Below, piece by piece: positions 24,792 to 35,854 of a DNA stretch of 60,146 bases. Below the pieces are notes generated by a model. That model was not told the DNA's origin. It saw nothing but the letters and a program-made list of their open reading frames with translations, and searched no databases. The stretch comes from an uncultured Gammaproteobacteria bacterium. GTDB lineage: Bacteria > Patescibacteriota > Patescibacteriia > UBA9934. The translations under genes were made by a program, and so were the position numbers. Positions within the stretch are counted from its first letter, which is position 1. The number at the start of each line of letters is the position of its first letter. The stretch spans positions 3,943-64,088 of the forward strand of contig CAYWYQ010000002.1 in NCBI GenBank assembly GCA_964462325.1. Reading direction: 5' to 3'.

Positions 24792-27437
24792 CTATTTCAA
24801 TGTTTCGATTAAGAAATGCATCGTTTCATTGTGTGAATTGTCTAAGAGAATATTCTCACCTTGGTCATGTGAACTCCAAACAACAACTTTTCCACTTGGG
24901 AGGATGACCTGCACATTTGTTTCTCGTTTTTTTACGCCAGATTGTTTTTGTACGAGTAAACTATACGTTTCAAGCTGTCGAAGTCCTATTTTATATTTTA
25001 TTTGATCAAGGATGGTATTTGAATTACCTAAATCAAGTGTGAATGGGAGTTGATAGGTAAAGGTGAGTTCCTCTGTTTCTCCTGGTTTTGTTTGTACCCA
25101 GTTCCCAAATACCGTTTTTCCATTCTCGTTCCAAATATCTGTTCCACTTATCTGATGTTTGGTTTTATCCGACATGATAAAGTCGAGGTCTTCGTCCGCA
25201 TAGAGAGGGACGGAGCTTTCTTGAAAGAGTTCTTCTGGAGGAATTTCAAATCCATTCGCTTCCAGTAGGAGTGATCCTTGTGGTACATATAACCGAATAT
25301 AATCAACATTATTCTGTCCCTCGAAAAGAGCAGACCTTAGTCCTCGATGTGTCTTCGTGATTTGAACCGTATTAATAAGAGATCCATCTTCTTGTATCTC
25401 GATTTGTAGATGAATGTCTTGATCGATAATTCCATCCGTTTTTCCTCCACCAATATTTGTATTGATTACTTGAAGATAATCAAGGGAGGAGGGAAGTTGC
25501 TTTCCGGCCCATCCAAGGTCCTCTATGTTCGCCTGTAAATCATTATCTGTAAAGAAGAATTGAATTTCGCTTTGACTTAAGTTGTCGATAAGAATATCTG
25601 CAATACGAAGAAGAGATTGCATGTCTAGCTCACCAATTCGTTCAACGATAATCGGGGTAATGTCACCAATAAATTGTTTCGGGGATGGAGAATCTTGCTC
25701 GTATTCTGCTGCATACTCACTATATTCATTCTCAACAATTTTCTGCATTTCAAAAAGGATATTGTCACTATGTAATGTTCGCTCATAGGCTGGCATATCT
25801 ATTGGTCCAAGAACGGTAAGTAATTCTGGGAGAACACTGGCATTTATCGCAATAAGCCCATCGACCGTTGGTCCACCGGCGGCATCATAAAAATCAATCA
25901 TTTTTCTTGCAGAGAGTCTGAAATCAGGGAACCAATTTGCATCCTGAAACTCCCATCGAGGATTGATGAGTTGTAATGGTTCTGGTGCTTCGACAAAATC
26001 ACGTAATTGTCCTTGTATGTCATAACTTCCGCCACCTGGAATGTTCATCTCCTTTATGGCTCCCTTTGAAAGATCAATTTGTGCATAACTACCGACAAAT
26101 CCACCGGTTGCTCTTAATTCTGTATTATTTTGGAAGGTAATAAGATAACGCTTATCCATTTCTGCACCTAAAATCTCTTGAATAATGGCAGAATACGTAT
26201 TGAATTCCTGAACACTTTTCAAAATAGCAGGAGTTTTCTTTTGTAATTCTTGTATATCAGATTGATATTCCGTTGGTACGATTGATGAATCTACACGTGC
26301 AAGTGCCTGTTCGGCAATGGCGAGTTGAGGGGCAATTTGTGCAAAATAGGTATCAAGTATAAGGAATTTATCGGTTAATGCCGCATCATTTTGTACCTGT
26401 ATCTCATCGGCAGCTTTTGCGAATAATCTGGCAGACTCTGAGAGAGATTTTCCGGCAGTGATAAGGTTTGTAACCGAGTCAAATGTTCTATTCGTTTGCG
26501 GAATAATGTTTACGAGCAAGGTAATCCCGTCACTTACTTCACCAATGGTATTTTCTGCATCACTGAAAGCAGATTCTGCTTGTGAAAAATTTGTTTCTGC
26601 CGTTGTAAAATCTGCAGAAGAGATTGCATCTGCGGCAGAACTAATGCTGGATAAAGCCCCCTTGCTTAACTCGGTTGTTTTTTGTTCGATATTTGGCAAT
26701 GCGCCAAACCCTTGCATGGCATGTATCGGTCCTACAACAAGTAGTGACAAAACAACAAAACTTGCGAGTGCTTTTGTTTGAAAGGTGAGAACGGAAAAAG
26801 ATATCTTCAGAGGTTTTCGCACTTTCTTTTTCTTTTTTCGCTTAGATGGGGTGGTAATGGTGCTGGTTGCAACAGGTGTGATATGTGTTTCAACGTGCTT
26901 TGGCAGTGTTTCTTCTATGAACGATTCAGGTACATGAACAGAGAGTGGTGCTTCTGAAGGAAGTGCGGGTTCATGAAATGAATTCAGTGTTTGTGGCACG
27001 ACTTTTTTTGGCTGTATATCAAACTCTCGTAATTGCTCATGGAGGGAATCGAGCGTCACTTCAAGAGATTCTTCTTCCATATCATCGCTATCTTCCGCAA
27101 AAAGATCAGCACTTTGTAAGAGATTTGCTTCAAGAGCTACAATAGGGTCTGGGTCTTCCGTCTGTGATGCTTCTTCTCGACTGAGTTGAATAATATAAGG
27201 AGATAGCTTTGCCTCTTGGCCTATATAGATACGGGGTGAGGATGTAGATTTATTTTGTATCCCTTCAAATAAAAGAGATTCTGGTAATGCAGAATCGAAA
27301 AGAGGAGAGACATTTTCTGTCTCGTGAATACGATGATTTGGCGCGTGATTTTTTTTCTGCTCAAGCATGGGGGTTGTCAATCTATCCCAAGAAGTATCCC
27401 TTTCAAGGAACACATGTTGAGATATATTTGTGTACAC
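24792..27437 (-). CDS. DUF4012 domain-containing membrane protein
   Basis: 881 aa. The ELRATGGFVGSYAQIDL..G core matches my memory of DUF4012, which often sits next to polysaccharide clusters. Confidence 0.7.
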   Translation of the reverse strand: MYTNISQHVFLERDTSWDRLTTPMLEQKKNHAPNHRIHETENVSPLFDSALPESLLFEGIQNKSTSSPRIYIGQEAKLSPYIIQLSREEASQTEDPDPIVALEANLLQSADLFAEDSDDMEEESLEVTLDSLHEQLREFDIQPKKVVPQTLNSFHEPALPSEAPLSVHVPESFIEETLPKHVETHITPVATSTITTPSKRKKKKKVRKPLKISFSVLTFQTKALASFVVLSLLVVGPIHAMQGFGALPNIEQKTTELSKGALSSISSAADAISSADFTTAETNFSQAESAFSDAENTIGEVSDGITLLVNIIPQTNRTFDSVTNLITAGKSLSESARLFAKAADEIQVQNDAALTDKFLILDTYFAQIAPQLAIAEQALARVDSSIVPTEYQSDIQELQKKTPAILKSVQEFNTYSAIIQEILGAEMDKRYLITFQNNTELRATGGFVGSYAQIDLSKGAIKEMNIPGGGSYDIQGQLRDFVEAPEPLQLINPRWEFQDANWFPDFRLSARKMIDFYDAAGGPTVDGLIAINASVLPELLTVLGPIDMPAYERTLHSDNILFEMQKIVENEYSEYAAEYEQDSPSPKQFIGDITPIIVERIGELDMQSLLRIADILIDNLSQSEIQFFFTDNDLQANIEDLGWAGKQLPSSLDYLQVINTNIGGGKTDGIIDQDIHLQIEIQEDGSLINTVQITKTHRGLRSALFEGQNNVDYIRLYVPQGSLLLEANGFEIPPEELFQESSVPLYADEDLDFIMSDKTKHQISGTDIWNENGKTVFGNWVQTKPGETEELTFTYQLPFTLDLGNSNTILDQIKYKIGLRQLETYSLLVQKQSGVKKRETNVQVILPSGKVVVWSSHDQGENILLDNSHNETMHFLIETLK

Positions 27438-28570
27438 TATTTTCGTTTAGAAAATGAAGTGTATACATCAAGTGTTCGTTGCGCTGTATCCTCCCAATTA
27501 TACAATGATATTTGTTTCTTTGCTTCCTCTCTATCAACAGTTAGAGCAGAAGAATTTCTTGAAATATCTTGCATGATTTTTGTAAGTTGATCTGGACGGT
27601 CAGGATCGAAATAAATAGCAGCATTTCCTAAGATTTCTGGAAGAGAACTTGCATGCGCCGCGGCGACAGGGGTGCTATGCATAAGCGCTTCTAGCGGCGG
27701 CATACCAAAGCCTTCTAGACGTGACGGATAGACGAAAAGTGCTGCTTTTTTATACAATGTTGCTATTTCTTCATCTGTTGGTAGGTCGATAAAACGCAAT
27801 CGATCATTTTTTATACCTAATGTTCTTGCTCTTTTTTCAAGTGCATGTGAAAAAATGTCACGTCTTCCAGCGATGACCATTTGTATATGCGGTGTCTTTT
27901 TAGAAAATAATGCGAATGCTTCAAGCATGACATCTAAATTTTTATGCGGGTAGGCATTTCCAACATACAGAAAATAGGGCTCATAGACACCGAGCTTATA
28001 CAGATCTACTGATTTTGATGCGGAAAATTGTTTTATTCCATTATAGGTAACAGTAATTTTTTCTGGCTTAATACCAAAATGTTTTAAAAGAGATTGCTTA
28101 CTGTAGTTTGAAACGGTAAAAATATGACGACTTGAATGAATAGCGGTTTCGAGCACAGTTCTGAAAGCCGCATATTTAAACCCGTGTATAATAGGGTTTC
28201 TTGAGCTCGACCTTGCAGAATGTCGGTCTTCTATAAGAATGAGGTCATGTATGGTGACGAAAAAAGGAATCGGGGAAAATAATGGAATATTCCAGTGAGG
28301 GTAATGAATGAAATCCAGTCTCGCTCTCTTAATGAGTCGTGGCATAGTGAACTGCTCACGCAATCCATACCAATGCACATCCGCCATTACTTTTTTAAAA
28401 CGATGATTTGTGATTTTACATTCATGAAAATTATCTTTTTTCAAAAAGAGAACATAATCATTTTCTTGATCAATAATTTGTAGATGAGTAATGAGCTCTT
28501 CTACATATCGACCAATTCCACCACCTCCAGTGGTTGGTCCAAAAAATCTTGCATCAATTCCTATACGCAT
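27437..28570 (-). CDS. glycosyltransferase family 4 (GT-B)
   Basis: 377 aa with a C-terminal E(G)FG..PLEA motif. Confidence 0.8.
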   Translation of the reverse strand: MRIGIDARFFGPTTGGGGIGRYVEELITHLQIIDQENDYVLFLKKDNFHECKITNHRFKKVMADVHWYGLREQFTMPRLIKRARLDFIHYPHWNIPLFSPIPFFVTIHDLILIEDRHSARSSSRNPIIHGFKYAAFRTVLETAIHSSRHIFTVSNYSKQSLLKHFGIKPEKITVTYNGIKQFSASKSVDLYKLGVYEPYFLYVGNAYPHKNLDVMLEAFALFSKKTPHIQMVIAGRRDIFSHALEKRARTLGIKNDRLRFIDLPTDEEIATLYKKAALFVYPSRLEGFGMPPLEALMHSTPVAAAHASSLPEILGNAAIYFDPDRPDQLTKIMQDISRNSSALTVDREEAKKQISLYNWEDTAQRTLDVYTSFSKRK

Positions 28571-28607
28571 ATAGATATTTTATCATGAATGCGTATGGAA
28601 CATGCAG

Positions 28608-29702
28608 TCACGGTAATAGGCTTTTAAATGTTTTGAGTGTTTTGTGTGCTGACTCTTCCCAAGAAAAAGAAATTTTATGTGGTGAGGGCAGGGATGTCGT
28701 TACAATGCTTAATGCCTGTTGTATGGCAGAAATATTATAAGGATTCACTAAAATGGCTTGTCCATTTGTTATCTCTGGTAAGGAAGAATTATCGGAACAA
28801 ATGACAGGGGTACCTGACTTAATGGACTCGATCACAGGAAGGCCAAACCCCTCATAGTAAGAAGGAAAAATAAATCCCTCGGCCTGTCTATAGAGCGCTG
28901 GTTTATCTTTTTCTGCAACATAGTCAATATGCAGTATGTCATTTGTTGCCCGTTTTAGGATACGTTTCGCCTGGAATCCTTTTTTCCCTGCAATCACCAG
29001 TCGATGTGGTGATCCTGTTATACGTTTCCAGTCAAGAAATGCCTCGATAACTGACTCAATATTTTTTCGGGGTTCTATAGTGGAAAGTGTTAAGAAATAG
29101 GGGGTTCTTATTCCGTATTTACGATAATTTGTTCTATCATTCTTTTCCTTTTTTGGTGAGAAATTATCTGCAACTCCAAGATGAATAGTGTCAATATTTT
29201 TTGCATGTATATTCCAGATAATTTGCAAATCTTGTCTCGTGCTTTCCGAAACGGCAATGAGTTTCTTCGCTTGTTTTGCAAGTCGTTCTATATTGCAGGC
29301 CTTATGCCACGCTCTGGTTTTCAGTGAATAGAACTCAGGAAAAAATTCGAAACTTAAATCATGAATTGTAAGAATGTAGGGAAGATTCGTCCGAATTATA
29401 TTCGCATTTGGAAACCACCAACCATCAACAGGGTAGGCTAATAATTTATCTAATGTGAAATTTGGTCTGGATTTGAGATAAAAAGAAAGAAGTCTATTCG
29501 GCATCTCTTTTTTTTGCACCGTGATGTTCTTTGCGGGAAAGGATGGGATGTATTGCAACGATTTTTCTGATCCAGATGCAAAGAGAAGAAAATCGATCTG
29601 AGGAGCGAGTTTGGCAAGTCTTGGGATCATTTCAAGCGTATACCTTCCGATACCGGATGGATTCGGTGAAGCAAGGTGACGAATATCTATTGCAATTTTC
29701 AT
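28608..29702 (-). CDS. glycosyltransferase family 4 (GT-B)
   Basis: EGFGLPVIES motif. I trimmed the start to the ATG at 29702 (MKIAIDIRHL), 1 nt after the upstream stop. Confidence 0.8.
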   Translation of the reverse strand: MKIAIDIRHLASPNPSGIGRYTLEMIPRLAKLAPQIDFLLFASGSEKSLQYIPSFPAKNITVQKKEMPNRLLSFYLKSRPNFTLDKLLAYPVDGWWFPNANIIRTNLPYILTIHDLSFEFFPEFYSLKTRAWHKACNIERLAKQAKKLIAVSESTRQDLQIIWNIHAKNIDTIHLGVADNFSPKKEKNDRTNYRKYGIRTPYFLTLSTIEPRKNIESVIEAFLDWKRITGSPHRLVIAGKKGFQAKRILKRATNDILHIDYVAEKDKPALYRQAEGFIFPSYYEGFGLPVIESIKSGTPVICSDNSSLPEITNGQAILVNPYNISAIQQALSIVTTSLPSPHKISFSWEESAHKTLKTFKSLLP

Positions 29703-29703
29703 A

Positions 29704-30819
29704 CTACAAACGATGAAGAACTTCGCGTTTATGTTTTCTCCATTTTTCCGAAACAAACTGATCCATTTTTTTACGAAATTCTTTTACGGAGTACTGCTCG
29801 GCATATTCCTTGATGATGGATGGGTCAAATTTATGTTCGTCAAAGTGCAATACGGTATCTGCAATTTCTACCCAACTTTGCTCATCAAATAAAATACCCG
29901 TTTTCCCATCTATGACTGTCTCTGAGGCACCGCCACGGTTGTAGGCAATAACTGGTCGTCCTGCCGCCATGGATTCAACAGGCGTAATACCAAAATCCTC
30001 TTCCTGCGGATGGATAAAGGCAATGGCATTTGAAAAAAGTTCACTGCGTTTCTGATCAGAAACACGACCAAGAAATTCAATATTACTCTTCGCCATCTTT
30101 TTCAACTCTTTCTCTTGCGGTCCCGTACCAAATATTTTCAATGGCTTGCCTAATTTGTTAAATGCCTCAATGACAATGTCATATCGTTTATAGGAAACAA
30201 GGCGTCCACCAATTAAATAATAACGTTTAGGTTCTTCAGAAATGGTAAATGTATCTGTGTCGACAGGTGGATGAATGACCACGGAATCTCGACCATAGTA
30301 GCGACGAATACGGTGACGAACGGTTTCTGAATTTGCAATAAAATAATCAACACGATCTGCAGAAGCATTATCCCAAATACGTAAATATGTCATCATGAAT
30401 GGCAAAAGTGATTTGGCAATACGAGGTACGTTTAATCCGCGTAAGTATTCATTTGTATGTGTCCAGAGGTAGCGGGGAGGTGTATGACAATAACAAATAT
30501 GTAATCCGTGTTCTGGTGGTACAATACCTTTTGAGAGAGCGCTTGAACTAGAAACGATGACATCGAATTCGCTCAGGGAATAGCTCTCTGTTGCTGTCGG
30601 CATAAGGGGAAGGAGCCAGCGATATTTTTTTAATGCGAAAGGAATATTTTGAAGGAATGAGGTTCGTATATCTCTATGACCAAATAAAGTGTTCATCTTT
30701 TCTTTATCATAAAGAAGAGTATAGGTTGGTGCAGTTGGCCATAGTGCCTGCATTGCTTCCAATACTCGTTCGGCTCCTCCATTTTGCATCATGTGATCAT
30801 GCGTCAATGCGACCTTCAT
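29704..30819 (-). CDS. glycosyltransferase family 4 (GT-B)
   Basis: 371 aa with EDFGITPVESMAAGRPVIA. Confidence 0.8.
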   Translation of the reverse strand: MKVALTHDHMMQNGGAERVLEAMQALWPTAPTYTLLYDKEKMNTLFGHRDIRTSFLQNIPFALKKYRWLLPLMPTATESYSLSEFDVIVSSSSALSKGIVPPEHGLHICYCHTPPRYLWTHTNEYLRGLNVPRIAKSLLPFMMTYLRIWDNASADRVDYFIANSETVRHRIRRYYGRDSVVIHPPVDTDTFTISEEPKRYYLIGGRLVSYKRYDIVIEAFNKLGKPLKIFGTGPQEKELKKMAKSNIEFLGRVSDQKRSELFSNAIAFIHPQEEDFGITPVESMAAGRPVIAYNRGGASETVIDGKTGILFDEQSWVEIADTVLHFDEHKFDPSIIKEYAEQYSVKEFRKKMDQFVSEKWRKHKREVLHRL

Positions 30820-30857
30820 ATATACCAGACCTTATCGATTAATCTGATGCTCGTCAA

Positions 30858-32276
30858 TTAAAATGCACCTTTTGTAAGAAGAACCGCGAAAGGGGTTTTA
30901 AGTAATATTATTAAGTCAAAAAGAGGGGACCAGTTTTGAATATAATGCATGTCGAGCGATACTTCATTTGAGAATTGCAAAGAGGCTCTTCCGCTGATTT
31001 GTGTTATGCCAGTAATGCCGGGTTTTATGGTGAGAACGCGCCGTTGGTCAGGCTCATATAAGTTCACTTCTTCAGGAAGGTGTGGACGTGGACCGACAAG
31101 GCTCATATGACCAAGTAAAACAAGATAAAATTGGGGGAATTCATCAATACTAAGCTTACGTATCCATTTTCCAAATGGAGTAACGCGCGGATCGTTTTTA
31201 ATTTTAAAAAGGGGTGTTCCATCACGGTCATTCCCATATTCTGCAATAAAATCAGGATCAAACCGTAATATATGTGCATCTTTTACCATAGATCGGAATT
31301 TGATAAAGGTAAACTCTTTTCCGAATCTTCCAACACGTTTTTGTGTGTAAAAAATGCTCCCTTGTCTTTCTGTGAGGAGAATAGCAGCGGTAATCATTTG
31401 AATAGGGAATGTAATCACGATGAGGAATAATGATATGAAAATATCAAAGATTCGTTTATAAATAGCACCCCAACCATCAAGAGGTGTTTTTGGGAGTTCG
31501 ATAACTGGTTGTCCAGAAAATGTATGAATGATAGGGGATTGAGCAGCGACAGGGAAAAGGGCGGCTGAGTAAAGAAATGTGAGATGTTCATTGTCGGCAA
31601 AGGCTTTTATTGCATCTAATGTGTCACGGTCAATATCAGTTTGCGCAACGATAATTGTGTCCACGCAGCCACGATTACGTTTCTTTAAAATTGCTGTTTC
31701 TGCATCTTTGGAAAAGACGCCGTACTGAGCAATAATTTTATACCCAAGTTGAGGATACTGCTTAAAAAATTGCGTCAATTCATTTCCAACCTTTGTTTTC
31801 CCGATAATGATTGTTTTATGAAGTCCATACCCTTTTTTACGGAGATGCCTTTGCAAGATACGCACGATAAGTCGCTCTATACTTACAAAAAGAATAGATA
31901 AAATCCAAACAGCAAGAAAAATGAAACGAGAGTCAAATAGTTCTCGTGAGAAAAAAGCAATCATCAAAATAAGACCGATCCCAGTACTTATAGATAGTCC
32001 AATACGAATGACTTCACTTGTTAATCGTGCTGGACGCATGGAATAAAGGCCAGCAAATGCAAAAATAATGATCCATAGTACCGCTCCCCAGGCAGCAACT
32101 TGTAGATATTCTGAAAAAGGTAAATCAAATGTCACGTCTCGAATGCTGCGAAGGGTAGGGGAAAATCGAATAGAATAGGCAGAAATCGCCGCCAAAAGAA
32201 GCGCACCATAATCGAGAGGAACGCGAATTGCGGCAAAGAAGAGATGAATCTGTCTCATAATGAAAAACCTTAACAT
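30858..32276 (-). CDS. polyprenyl-phosphate glycosyl-1-phosphate transferase (WbaP/EpsB-like priming sugar transferase)
   Basis: 472 aa. Multi-TM N-terminus and a C-terminal bacterial sugar-transferase domain (KFRSM, DE.PQ, G.MSLVGPRP, KPG.TG). Confidence 0.85.
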   Translation of the reverse strand: MLRFFIMRQIHLFFAAIRVPLDYGALLLAAISAYSIRFSPTLRSIRDVTFDLPFSEYLQVAAWGAVLWIIIFAFAGLYSMRPARLTSEVIRIGLSISTGIGLILMIAFFSRELFDSRFIFLAVWILSILFVSIERLIVRILQRHLRKKGYGLHKTIIIGKTKVGNELTQFFKQYPQLGYKIIAQYGVFSKDAETAILKKRNRGCVDTIIVAQTDIDRDTLDAIKAFADNEHLTFLYSAALFPVAAQSPIIHTFSGQPVIELPKTPLDGWGAIYKRIFDIFISLFLIVITFPIQMITAAILLTERQGSIFYTQKRVGRFGKEFTFIKFRSMVKDAHILRFDPDFIAEYGNDRDGTPLFKIKNDPRVTPFGKWIRKLSIDEFPQFYLVLLGHMSLVGPRPHLPEEVNLYEPDQRRVLTIKPGITGITQISGRASLQFSNEVSLDMHYIQNWSPLFDLIILLKTPFAVLLTKGAF

Positions 32277-32285
32277 TTAACGCGG

Positions 32286-32315
32286 AAAAACAAAAGAACC
32301 AGCCGAAGCTGATTC
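32286..32315 (-). terminator. rho-independent terminator after rnpB
   Basis: On the minus strand: GAAUCAGC-UUCG-GCUGGUUC followed by UUUUGUUUUU. Confidence 0.7.
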
Positions 32316-32319
32316 TTTT

Positions 32320-32757
32320 TTCCGGGAAGCATGTAAGCCGAATTCTGTCCTTGTTTTGCTAGCAGTCTAGCATTTCAAGTGATGATCATCTATCTAGGAT
32401 ATATGTTGCCATATATCTCATGCGAGCTACCAAATTTGCTCTTGCACCGGAACGGGTTTACCACGCATCCATGTCACCATGGAGCGAATCGTGTAGCCGA
32501 CTGACCTCACGATACTTTTCACCTTTCCTCACAAAATGTGAGTAGTATTGTCTCTGTGGCACTGTCCCTAGGCTTATATGAGTCTTCTGGGAACGGGCGC
32601 ACTGCACCCTGTGAACTCACGTTCTCCAGTTCCCTGAAAACTCATGTTATTCCCTGGTCGCCGTTAGCGACGCTCCGCTTCCGTACCTATTGCTAGGTTA
32701 CGAGGTGTTCGGACTTTCCTCTCACGCAACTGCGCAAGCGATCATCCAACTTCCTAG
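32320..32757 (-). ncRNA. rnpB: RNase P RNA (bacterial type)
   Basis: The minus strand reads GAGGAAAGUCCGAAC (P4/CR-I, + coordinates about 32707-32721), AGUGCCACAGAGACAA, GGUAAACCCGUUCCGGUGCAAG and ACAGAAUUCGGCUUA (CR-V, about 32334-32348). P1 is GGAAG/CUUCC. The ends are approximate. Confidence 0.9.
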
Positions 32758-32884
32758 ATCGTTAAGCTAAGCCTAACTAGGCGGAATATAACATATAATA
32801 TGTCAATTGTCAATTAAAATAGAGTAAAATAAATGCCCCCGACACTTAAGTGGGGGCTGTTAGATGTGGTGTGATGATGTATTT

Positions 32885-33313
32885 CTACACACCACCTCTG
32901 CTTCTGTCTTCACTGCCACTAGTATCGCTATATGTGATGAACACATCATCAGTATCTTTGAGCGTTCTCCATGCGGCGCTTGTTGCGTCGGCAAAACCCG
33001 TGTCAACAAATAGTTCAGCGAATTCGCTGAGACTGATATTGTTTTGAATGCTTTGAATCGCACCCTTCATAAAATCCTCAAATCTACTTGCATCTTTGAT
33101 GCTCTTGCACGTCTGAATTACTCTTCCATGTAGCCATGATGTCATCTTATGCTGATCACCACCACATCTAAAGGTACTCATTAACGTTTTTAGTCGATTG
33201 AGAATCTTTCCCGAAGGACAGTGATGGCCTTCATCTAAGAATTGTGGTAGAGAACGAAGGGTAGAAGGTGACTCAGAGTTGGTCTCTGTGTCGGAGGGGG
33301 TTGCTCTATTCAT
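32885..33313 (-). CDS. hypothetical protein
   Basis: 142-aa ORF followed on its own strand by a hairpin (GCCCCC...GGGGGC, 32836-32862) and a T-rich run. No family recognised. Confidence 0.5.
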   Translation of the reverse strand: MNRATPSDTETNSESPSTLRSLPQFLDEGHHCPSGKILNRLKTLMSTFRCGGDQHKMTSWLHGRVIQTCKSIKDASRFEDFMKGAIQSIQNNISLSEFAELFVDTGFADATSAAWRTLKDTDDVFITYSDTSGSEDRSRGGV

Positions 33314-33452
33314 TTTTTTGAGCTCTTTCTAGCGGGTTAATGCTCCAAAACATCGGAATGATGTACGAAGCAATACGATACTACCGCAACCAACAATTCC
33401 TGTAAAGCAAGAAAGGACAAAATTTTGCTAATTTAAGCAGTTTATATATAGA

Positions 33453-34439
33453 CTAATCAATTTTTAATCCCATGATTTTATATACACCCTGTAGCTTTTC
33501 ATGGGCTTCATGATGTGCTTTTTCTGATCCTTGTTTTACAATTTTGAGCAATTCATCCTCTTGATCAAGTAATTGATTCACCTGCATTTGTAGTGGGGAA
33601 AGAATGTGTTCAAGTGCTTCAGTAAGTCCGTCCTTGAGTTCCCTCATACCGTTATCTCTATAGTCGATAGCAATTTCATCTTGCGTTTTACCGGTCGCTA
33701 GAGAGAAGAGTGTTAATAGATTATATAGTCCGTGACGTTCTTTATCTGCTGTGATTGTCGGATTTGAATCGGTCATAGCACTTCGGATCTTTTTCTGAAC
33801 CAAGTCCGCATCATCCATAATAGAGATATAACTCTTCGCAGAAGGGTCAGATTTACTCATCTTCTTTGAGGGGTCTTTTAATGACTTGATTCGAGCTCCA
33901 GATGTACCGATTATTGGTTCTGGAACCGTAAATGTTTTTCCGAAACGGTTATTAAAACGTTCCGCAAGGTTTCGTGCGAGCTCCAGATGCTGTTTTTGAT
34001 CTTCTCCTACGGGTACTGCATTAGCGTCATATAGAAGGATATCTGCTGCCATGAGAGCAGGGTAGGTGAAGAGTCCAACAGAAACACCTTTCTCGTTTTT
34101 TGCAGACTTATCTTTGAATTGTGTCATGCGATTTGCCTCTCCCATCATGGTAAGCGTTTGCATAACCCATCCGAGTTCAGCATGTTCTGGTACGCGCGAT
34201 TGTTGGAAAAGGACTGTCTTTTCTGGATCAATTCCGGCGGCGAGATATGCTGCTGCACCGAATAGAATATTTTTCTTTAATATTTGTGGATCTTGAGGAA
34301 CGGTGATGGCATGAAGATCAGCAATCATCATGTACACTTGGTATTCTTCCTGAAGTTTTACGGCGGGTAATAATGCTCCAAAATAATTTCCGATATGGAG
34401 GAGATTCGTAGGTTGTATTCCGGTAAGTGCTTTCTTCAT
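33453..34439 (-). CDS. trpS: tryptophanyl-tRNA synthetase
   Basis: TGIQPTNLLHIGNYFG (HIGH-like) and KMSKS motifs. I trimmed the start to the ATG at 34439 because the longer ORF runs into a terminator hairpin. Confidence 0.9.
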   Translation of the reverse strand: MKKALTGIQPTNLLHIGNYFGALLPAVKLQEEYQVYMMIADLHAITVPQDPQILKKNILFGAAAYLAAGIDPEKTVLFQQSRVPEHAELGWVMQTLTMMGEANRMTQFKDKSAKNEKGVSVGLFTYPALMAADILLYDANAVPVGEDQKQHLELARNLAERFNNRFGKTFTVPEPIIGTSGARIKSLKDPSKKMSKSDPSAKSYISIMDDADLVQKKIRSAMTDSNPTITADKERHGLYNLLTLFSLATGKTQDEIAIDYRDNGMRELKDGLTEALEHILSPLQMQVNQLLDQEDELLKIVKQGSEKAHHEAHEKLQGVYKIMGLKID

Positions 34440-34500
34440 ATGGACGCATTGTACCAAAAAACCGAGCATATGGCTCGGTTTTGGACTTTTATTATTGAAC

Positions 34501-35130
34501 TTACTCTAATGTAATTGAATTCAAGATGAGATCCCATTCATCGTCTAAATCACTGTTACCAACACCTCTTTGGTACTCTAATTTGTAATTATTACCATCA
34601 TTATCTTGGAATGATGCCGTTGTGTGCGACCAGGGTCCACCCAATGTGTTCTCAGAGATGTTGTCGACAGATACATTGTTAACTGTTATGTCATTAATCT
34701 GCACGGAAGATTTTTCAAAATTTACGAAATCTTCAGAACTGTAATCAATGATTATTGGAGTTTTTCCATTTGCGGTGAATGTAATTGGAGTGTATAACCC
34801 GACATCTCCTGGTGCAAAGTAAACAAGCGGATCTGGAGAAAGATTGGCTGAACCAACGCCTATTTCAAAGCCTCCATTCATATGCCACCCGAGTGGATAG
34901 CTGAAATGTACATTTCCCGCATCGAATGTTCTTGTGATCACTCCCATATCGTTCTTAAACACAGGGGTGTCCCCATCATCGTTATCTGTGTCTGCGTCGA
35001 CTATTACTTCTGTTGAGTCATTGTCAACAGATGGTGCTGTAGCATCTGCAGAAAGTAATAGGACTAAATTAACAATGGACAGTATGAAGGCAGTCGTTAC
35101 AATGGTGATAAGTATTTTAAAATGATGCAT
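34501..35130 (-). CDS. secreted/TM-anchored hypothetical protein (copy 1)
   Basis: 209 aa with an N-terminal hydrophobic anchor and an acidic D-rich linker. Identical to 35225..35854. Confidence 0.75.
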   Translation of the reverse strand: MHHFKILITIVTTAFILSIVNLVLLLSADATAPSVDNDSTEVIVDADTDNDDGDTPVFKNDMGVITRTFDAGNVHFSYPLGWHMNGGFEIGVGSANLSPDPLVYFAPGDVGLYTPITFTANGKTPIIIDYSSEDFVNFEKSSVQINDITVNNVSVDNISENTLGGPWSHTTASFQDNDGNNYKLEYQRGVGNSDLDDEWDLILNSITLE

Positions 35131-35224
35131 AAGGTATAATATTTAATCTATGAGAATAATACCATTTTTTGCTAGCAACAAAAAACCGAGCATATGGCTC
35201 GGTTTTGGACTTTTATTATTGAAC

Positions 35225-35854
35225 TTACTCTAATGTAATTGAATTCAAGATGAGATCCCATTCATCGTCTAAATCACTGTTACCAACACCTCTTTGGTAC
35301 TCTAATTTGTAATTATTACCATCATTATCTTGGAATGATGCCGTTGTGTGCGACCAGGGTCCACCCAATGTGTTCTCAGAGATGTTGTCGACAGATACAT
35401 TGTTAACTGTTATGTCATTAATCTGCACGGAAGATTTTTCAAAATTTACGAAATCTTCAGAACTGTAATCAATGATTATTGGAGTTTTTCCATTTGCGGT
35501 GAATGTAATTGGAGTGTATAACCCGACATCTCCTGGTGCAAAGTAAACAAGCGGATCTGGAGAAAGATTGGCTGAACCAACGCCTATTTCAAAGCCTCCA
35601 TTCATATGCCACCCGAGTGGATAGCTGAAATGTACATTTCCCGCATCGAATGTTCTTGTGATCACTCCCATATCGTTCTTAAACACAGGGGTGTCCCCAT
35701 CATCGTTATCTGTGTCTGCGTCGACTATTACTTCTGTTGAGTCATTGTCAACAGATGGTGCTGTAGCATCTGCAGAAAGTAATAGGACTAAATTAACAAT
35801 GGACAGTATGAAGGCAGTCGTTACAATGGTGATAAGTATTTTAAAATGATGCAT
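35225..35854 (-). CDS. secreted/TM-anchored hypothetical protein (copy 2)
   Basis: Translation identical to 34501..35130. Confidence 0.75.
   Translation of the reverse strand: MHHFKILITIVTTAFILSIVNLVLLLSADATAPSVDNDSTEVIVDADTDNDDGDTPVFKNDMGVITRTFDAGNVHFSYPLGWHMNGGFEIGVGSANLSPDPLVYFAPGDVGLYTPITFTANGKTPIIIDYSSEDFVNFEKSSVQINDITVNNVSVDNISENTLGGPWSHTTASFQDNDGNNYKLEYQRGVGNSDLDDEWDLILNSITLE

Noticed and set aside
32850-33063. ORFs 32850..33047(+) and 32860..33063(-)
   Set aside because: They overlap the better-supported 32885..33313(-) ORF and its terminator hairpin, and their composition is not protein-like.
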